From the NCBI RefSeq assembly GCF_009914755.1, contig NC_060945.1: DNA of 64,000 nucleotides; one strand, 5' to 3'. Shown in pieces: positions 55,408 to 64,000 of the stretch (position 1 is the first letter of the stretch; each line of letters starts with the position of its first letter). The stretch is from the human T2T-CHM13v2.0 reference genome, Homo sapiens. Position numbers and translations under genes: made by a program. The notes under the pieces are model-generated. The model saw only the letters and a program-made list of their open reading frames with translations. It did no database searches and was not told the origin of the DNA.

Positions 55408-55763
55408 TGATAGGGCTTGGATGTTTGTCCCCTCCAAATCTCATGTGGAAATGTGATTCCCAGTGTTGGAGGTGGGGTCTGGTGGGAGGTGACCAGGTCC
55501 TGGAGGTGGACCTCCCATCCCCTTGGTGATAAGTGAGTTCTCACTCAGTTCGTTCACAGGAGATCTGGTTGTTTAAGAGTCTGGAACCTCCTCTTCTCTC
55601 CCTCTTGTTCCTGCTTTCCCCGTGTGGTGTGCGTGCTCCTGCTTCACCTTCCGCCATGATTGCAAGCTTCCTGAGACCCTCACCAGAAGCTGAGCACATG
55701 TTGGTGCCAGGCTTTTACAGCATGCAGAACTGGGAGCCAATTAAACCTCTTTTCTTTATAAAT
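55408..55763 (+). mobile_element. MSTB-like LTR, 3' end missing
   Basis: tgatagggcttggatgtttgtcccctccaaatctcatg...ccttccgccatgattgcaagcttcctgag...gagccaattaaacctcttttctttataaat. Confidence 0.88.
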
Positions 55764-56019
55764 AGCAAGCAAAGGAATAAAGGAACGGCAGAATTTCAAA
55801 GAAAACACAGAGGCAGGCTGGGCATGGGGAGGTGGCAAATTCAGAGTGAGTAGTCAAAAGCAGCCTTCTGGGTGCATCCTTCCTGAACTACAACTTGAAT
55901 GACAAGAAGAGACCAGCCAGGCCCTGTCAATACCTGTGGACAGAATCCTCTGCTGGGAGACAGTATGTGAAAAATCTCCAATCAGGAGCAAGGAGCAAAC
56001 TGGACTCTGAGCAGGCTGT

Positions 56020-56415
56020 TGTGGAACAGGGCTGTCCCCTTGGCCTTCTGTGAGTGCCCACTGCACCTGTTCCCCTTGCCTGGAATGTCCTCTCCGCACT
56101 TTCATTTTTCTTTAACCAATCTAAAGGACAACTTGTCACTTTCCAGGGCATAAATTCCCTGACCTCTGACAGGCCAGGTCCCCTGAAATTCCCCGTACAG
56201 CCCCCACTCCTGTTGTTCATTTCCAGCAGGTCTCACAATTGTAAGCAGGTCATTATTTACATGATTACTTGAGGTCTTCCCCAAGACCATAGGCCCATGA
56301 GCACAGACACAGCTGGCACTACTGCTCACCGTTCCACCCTGGGCACCCCATCTGTGCCGGGTCTGGTCCATGGCAATGCCCAATCCATCCACTTTGAATG
56401 AATCAGTGAATGAAT
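56020..56415 (+). mobile_element. L2 3' fragment
   Basis: 'ctgttccccttgcctggaatgtcctc...' ending 'ttgaatgaatcagtgaatgaatg'. Confidence 0.6.
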
Positions 56416-56859
56416 GCTCACAGACAGATACACCCCCATCTTATCCAGAAGACAGAAATTGTCCGCTGCCATGACCTCGGGTGTGAAGATTGCAGAACCA
56501 TGGTTAGGCACGCTGCCATAGCATTCCCTGAGTATCTCATGCCACCTGTTCTTTGGGCCCTAAGGTGACTTAGAGTGTGGAATCAGCTCAGGCTTTTCCG
56601 CTTTTCCCCAACTTCAGTTTGGTAAATGTCTCTCCTGGCTGACACCTGCTAGAGGGCCAGCTCCTCAGGTGCCTGTGGAGTTGGCTGCATCCCTACTCTC
56701 AGTGGGGACTGCCAACAATTTAATGGTAACCTGAGGAGACCAACCACATCTCCAGCATGCCAGGAAGGGAGAAAGAAGCTTCTGTCCTCTTCACTGCTGA
56801 TGAAGATAGGCACATACTGATGATGGGTGGCCACAGAAAAGCATTCTAAATATGAGGAG

Positions 56860-57090
56860 GATGATGATAGCTATACCCATGCACTGTGCATGCCCAGCCC
56901 TGAGATGAGTGTTTTCTATGCAGTACCTCATTTAACCCTTAAAACAACCCTATGAGCAGAGTAGTATCATCCTCATCATTTTCCAGAGGAGAAAACCGCG
57001 GAACAGAAGGGCTAAATAACTTACCCAAGATCACATAGCAAGAAAGTGGCAGAGCTTGGGTTCCAGGTGGTCCCATTGCTGATACTTTCA
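56860..57090 (-). mobile_element. MIR
   Basis: 'cctcatttaacccttaaaacaaccctatgag...cattttccagaggagaaaaccg...taaataacttacccaagatcacatagcaagaaagtggcagagc'. Confidence 0.8.
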
Positions 57091-58157
57091 TCCCTGATAG
57101 AATTTTGCCACACAAATGATGACCTGAGCCCACTCTGTTCACCAACACCTGTTCTTCCTCACCTTGCATGGGCAATGGCTGCTTCTGCTTCTGCCTACAG
57201 TCAGGCTGGAGGCTTTCAGAGGGAAGGATTCCTTTTTATAAGTATGGTAAAGCCCCCGGTGGTTGTTTTCCTGGGCGTTTTGTACTTGAAATATTTAGGC
57301 CCTCAGCACTCACACCTGGCCACTGCTTTGCCCCTGCACCTGGGCTACTTCAGGTCTATGGGACCAGTTGCGGTTAGCGCTAGACAACAATGACATAAAA
57401 ATGAACCAAATGTTCCAAGGATCAGAAGCACGGACTCCACAGACTACTTCAAAGTGATGTGCAGCAAGGCACAAGAGTTCCAAAAGCCACTGTGGCTGGT
57501 TAGTTCCCCATTAAGTTGCTTCCTTGCTTGGCTTTATTATTTCATCTGCTCCATTAGTGAACAGCAAGCGTTTTGCAAAAAAGGCATTGCACAGCCTCAC
57601 CAAGCTCCTAGAGAAGCCTTTCTAGAAGCTGCTTCATGTATCCCCACAAAGCAACATGGGCAGCAGGTTGGTGGGATGCCCCACTCTCCCGAAGAAGCAG
57701 CAGACTTATCCAGGTTAACTCCCTCCTCTCTCCTTTGTCCCCAACATGCACTGATCAGGAAGATGAAACCAAGTGAAAGCCACTTCCTGTGTGGGTCTTA
57801 AAATTCAATAAAAATAATATCTCAGAAAAAAGCCAGAACACACTTTCTGTTCAGATGGAAAAATGCATGTTTCCCTCCCCACCTTCACCTACAAGCTGAG
57901 TTCATGTTATTTCAACAGCACATCATGGACCCAGATGCAAATGGACAGTATCTGAAATGCAGTCCCGAGCAGGAGAAATGTAGTTTCATCAGCGAGTCAT
58001 TTTTAAGGCTTGATTTCTATTTGTATTTAAACATACTATCAAAAAATAAATACTTGCATATTTTGTGGAATGTCTGTTGAAAATATGTGCCCAAAGTGTC
58101 TAACTTGGGACAAATCTGACCTCAGTCCCTGGAAGGCTACCTTCGATTTATGCCTCT

Positions 58158-58528
58158 TGATATGGCTTGGCTGTGTCGTCACCAACATCTCATCTTGTAG
58201 TTCCCATAATCCCCACATGTTGTGGGAGGAGCCAGGTGGGAGGTAATTGAATCATGGGGGCAGTTACCCCCATGCTATTCTCGTGATAGTGAGTGAGTCC
58301 TCATGATAACTGATGGTTTTATAAGGGGCTTTTCCCCGCTTTTGCTTGGCACTTGTCTCTCCTGTCGCCATGTGAAGAAGGATGTGTTTGCTTTGTTTTC
58401 TGCCATGATTCTATGTTTCCTGAGGCCTCCCCAGCCATGTGAAACTGTGAGTCAATTAAACCTCTTTTCTTTATAAATTACCCAGTCTCAGGCATTTCTT
58501 CATAACAGTGTGAGAATGGACTAATACA
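58158..58528 (+). mobile_element. Complete THE1 (C/D-like) solo LTR
   Basis: tgatatggcttggctgtgtc...aatggactaataca; perfect 5-bp TSD CCTCT at 58153-58157 and 58529-58533. Confidence 0.95.
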
Positions 58529-58974
58529 CCTCTCCACTCTGAATTTAATTTCTTTGGTTTGGTTTTCAATTATCTTATCTATCATAGATCAAAACTTATT
58601 TCCCCAGTACCTTCCTTCTAATACCTTTCCAAATTTTTATCTGGAAGTAGAAGGCCCCAGTCTCATTCTATTAACTCTGCTATCCCATAGCCAGCATGTT
58701 TAGAGATACCAAATACAGTTGCTAGAGCTCCAGGCAACAGCACTGGGATCCAGTCACTAGCCATCCTCTACAGTGTCTGAAAATGACTCGTTGCCTCACT
58801 CACTTATTCAGCAAACACACTGCTGTACACTAGTCCCTGCACTGGGTGCTGTCTTATGACAACTTCCCCAGCCTCCAGCCTTCCTTGCATTTATAAAAGG
58901 TACTGATATGCACCAACTCACATCAGTGGATTCAGTTACACACAATGACAGGCAGCACCAGTTGTGTTTGTGCA

Positions 58975-59310
58975 GGGAAGTGGTCTTCAGTGCTGGTAGA
59001 ACATAAAACTCACTTGGAAAGTTTTTCAAAATATGAATGCTGGAGCCCAAGCCCAGACCAATTAAAGCAAATCTCTAAGGGCATTGGTATTTGTAAAAAT
59101 CCACCCAGGGGGTTGTAATGAACAACCAGGGCTAAGAACCTGCAGCCTTGTCACTGACAATACCAGCCTTGGACCAGCAGATTCAGCAACACCTGGGAGC
59201 TCATTAGAAATGCAGAATCCTAGGCCCCACACCAAGCTACTGAATCAGAATCTGCTTTATTTAACAGGATTCCTGGGTGATTCATGTGCACTAAACTGTT
59301 TAAGTACTAT
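58975..59310. mobile_element. Two adjacent MER5-family fragments
   Basis: 'atgctggagcccaagcccagaccaattaaa.caaatctct' and 'cacctgggagctcattagaaatgcagaatcctaggccccac...tactgaatcagaatctgc'. Confidence 0.75.
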
Positions 59311-60004
59311 TCTGGGAGATTAGAACATAAAACTTTATCTGTTGAATTAATAGACTGTATTACAGTGAGCTGCATGTCATATCATTTTCAGAAACTAACG
59401 TCTGTGTAACAGCTTTCCTGGAAGATGAGATCACTCCAGACCACCCAGAGATGCCTAAGGACTCCACTTCCTTTCAGTAGTATAGTCCAGTCAAAAGATA
59501 GTGATTGGGAAAAAAAACAAAGAAAAGATACAGAAATTGGGGCTAAAATGAGGCTCTGTAATGAAAAGATTGTATTGAGTTCAGGAAGCAGTTATATCAC
59601 CTCCATGCCAAACACACACACACACCAGATAATAAATTCCTTGAGTGCAGGGATTGCGTATTTCTCTTATTCATAGCTATATTCACAAAGCCAAGCTCAA
59701 GACCTTCACAGAGTCGGTGGTCACTAAATATTTCTTGCATCACTTAGTGTCCTGAACAGAGAACAATTCTGTTAGTCATTTATTTTGAGACCCTAGACGA
59801 ATCTCTCCACCTCTCAGTGGAGAGATTTTCAGTGTCTTATCTATATGATCTGTTTAAATTATTTACCCTAAGATACAAAAGCAACAAAGAGCTCACTGAT
59901 GAATAATTATGTGATCAACAGACACAGGGAAAGCTCCTTATATCTAGGAGAACTGTGGACTGGTCTCCACACTTCCACCATCCACGTGCCCAAAGAGTAA
60001 TTAG

Positions 60005-60494
<490 letters not shown>

Positions 60495-60779
60495 ATGTTA
60501 TTATAATTTTTAAGCCTACAATATACTTTTCATTTTCTAAGGCTTGATTTTTTTCAACATATGGCTATAATAAAAAAAAAAGTCCAAATTCAATACCATC
60601 ACACACATCCTTTAAAAAAATACCAGGACAAAATAATTATGATTATGATTTTGGAAGTTGTTTATAAAATACAATGTCACAATATAGTACTAGTTCAAGT
60701 TAATTCACCTAGGTCTTTACTTACAAATAAAATCAATTTTCCCATGCAGCTATTTTAAGAGAAGAGGTGCAATACGTTT

Positions 60780-61440
<661 letters not shown>

Positions 61441-62019
61441 CCAATAATTCATGTTTTTAAGTTAGTTCTCAGTTGCTTTTGCATAGGTGACTTAGCATTC
61501 CTAATCAGAACACAATCAACTCAAACAAACAGAAGACAAGCCAAATGTACTTTTGTCATATAACTTGTACAAGAGAAAATAGTCTCCATTAAAAAATATT
61601 GTAACCAGATTATAAGAAAATGCATCCTGAGGTAAAGGCAGTACCTAAAAAGAACTTAAAAATACTACTTTGCCATATGAAAGCCTGAGACAAGCTTAAC
61701 GAGACACCATTCACATCCACAGTCTAGTCACATACGTGAGTGTCTAAAATTTCTCCCAACTGTAGTCTTTGACCAGGTTTACTTTCCTGAAGAAATGTAA
61801 AAGTTCATTTTCCTCACCACATGATTTTAGGAGAAAATCCATGCACAGTTTTAAATAAAGGGATATTTAGAAAGAGATCAAAGAGAGAAAAAGACATGAT
61901 CCAAAGTTTGAACACTGTAAAACTTATAAGGAGAACAGATAATTTCTTCAAAGGAAGAAAAGGCGAACAGACTAGCCTGAACAAATAAAAAAGTCTTCAT
62001 ACACTAACATGAACAAAGA

Positions 62020-62478
<459 letters not shown>

Positions 62479-62502
62479 TCAGACAGAAGAGCAGAAGGGT
62501 GC

Positions 62503-62883
62503 TGTATTAGTCATCTTAGGCTGCTGCAAAAAATACCACAGGCAGGATGGCTTAGACAACAGAAAGTTATATTTTCACAGTTCTGGAGGCCAGAGTCCGA
62601 AATCAAGTTTCCAGCCACTGTGTATCTGGTGAGGGCTCTCTTCCAAACTTGCAGACAGCCACCTTCTGTGTCCTCACATGGCAGAGAGAGAAAGAGCAAG
62701 CTCTCTGGTGTCTCTCCCACTTCTTATAAGGACACCAGTCCTATTGGGTTAGGTACTGCCCTGATGCCCTCATTTAATCTTAATTACTTCCTTAAGTGCC
62801 TCACTTCCAAATACAGTCACATTGGGGGTTAGGGCTTCAACATATATGGCTTTTAGAGAGGGACATAACATCAGTCCGTAGAA
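62503..62883 (-). mobile_element. MLT1A0-like LTR
   Basis: tgtattagtc...ggctgctgc...cacagttctggaggc...cttcttataaggacaccagtcctattgg...ccaaatacagtcacattgggggttagggcttcaacatat. Confidence 0.88.
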
Positions 62884-63379
62884 GGTGCTCTTGGTGGTCT
62901 TTAGTTTAGCTTAAGTAAATTTAGCAAAATTATAGTGCCTAATAATTACTGTGAGATGTCGACCATCAACTGCTATATCCGGAGTTGGAAGCTGGAAAGA
63001 GAGGTCCCTGTGTCTCTTTTTGCTTCAAAGGCCAAAACTATCCACTTTCTTTTATTTTGACTAACTGGAAATCAGCCAACAAAAATGCAGTGAAGTCAGT
63101 GGTAAGTCTGACCTAGCATGAGTAAGATAAAGCTGAAGGTGAAACAGAAAAAAGAAAACAGCTTGAGCAAAGGTAGGAGGCCAGAGTAGTATATTCAAGG
63201 AAGGCTTCAGAAAGATATTTATAGTGAGCCTAAGTGGCTCACAGGACATCCTCCGCACACACATATACACCAAGAACAGAGTGCCTAAAGGGCTTTGCCT
63301 ATTATTAATGCTATTCAATTTCTGATTGATAACCTTAAATAATAGAGTTTCCACACCTATTGATGGTACCAACATGCAC

Positions 63380-63870
63380 TAAATTCCTTACCTGAATCAT
63401 CCTTGATGACTGTCTTTCTCTCACCCCCACATCTAATCTATCAGCCAACATACCAAAGCTTCCCCAAACATCTCTCACATCTGTCCTTTTTTTCTCTGTC
63501 CCCATGTCTGCCACTCAAGTCAGTCTCCACCAGCCTCCTACTAGTCATCTAATGGTATGTTTGCTCTCCCCCGCACTGTTCTCCACACAGCAACAGCAGT
63601 CACATCAATCCCCAGCCCAGAATTCAACAGTTTGCCATTATCCCTGCATAAAAATCCAAAGCTATTGCCTTAACCAGGAAGGCCCTTCATATGCAGGCTG
63701 GCCCTGCCCCAACCCTTCCCTGGCCACCTCCCATCCTGACTCCCTATCCAAGCTCACTCCACTTAGGGGTCTTCCACCAACCACAGTCCCCTCCACCTGA
63801 GCACCCACACATGGTTGGTTGCCTCTTGTTCCATCTTTCCTTCCACTTCACAGCTGGCCATTTGGAGTTG
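63380..63870 (+). mobile_element. L2 fragment
   Basis: 'catccttgatgactgtctttctctcacccccacatctaatctatcagc...tgttctccacacagca..cag...cataaaaatccaaa'. Confidence 0.65.
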
Positions 63871-64000
63871 GCTGTGATGGTGTCTTGTTTTACGGTAGTA
63901 AAGATAAAAATGATGCCCCCCCAAAATACAAAAAATGGAATTAGAATCCAATGAAACCCAGTGTATCTACATATTAGACTTTATAAAAGTAGAAATTTCA

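Overview
Primate (very probably human, given a full AluYa5 element) non-coding genomic DNA, apparently a large intron or gene desert. I find no supportable protein-coding exon, RNA gene or CpG island. The listed ORFs are short random frames or artefacts of Alus and low-complexity DNA. The window holds about 16 Alus (J, S, Y, Ya5), about 17 LTRs or LTR fragments (THE1, MST, MLT1/2, MER68/77-like, two ERV1 solo LTRs), L1/L2/MIR fragments, hAT DNA transposons (MER33, MER20, MER58A, MER5, MER96-like) and several tandem repeats. The most notable structure is: (i) three short direct duplications spaced about 0.9-1.1 kb apart within 14 kb, one preserving the empty pre-insertion site of an Alu plus AT-minisatellite; (ii) a CpG-retaining, ancient-looking palindromic element at about 29.24-29.36 kb; (iii) a young AluYa5/AluY tail-to-tail inverted pair about 86 bp apart; (iv) a 582-nt pure-purine tract; (v) a + strand bias of LTRs/L1s that hints at a host transcript on the - strand. 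I see no convincing new biological system. Repeat family names come from recalled consensus motifs, not a database search, and most boundaries are approximate.
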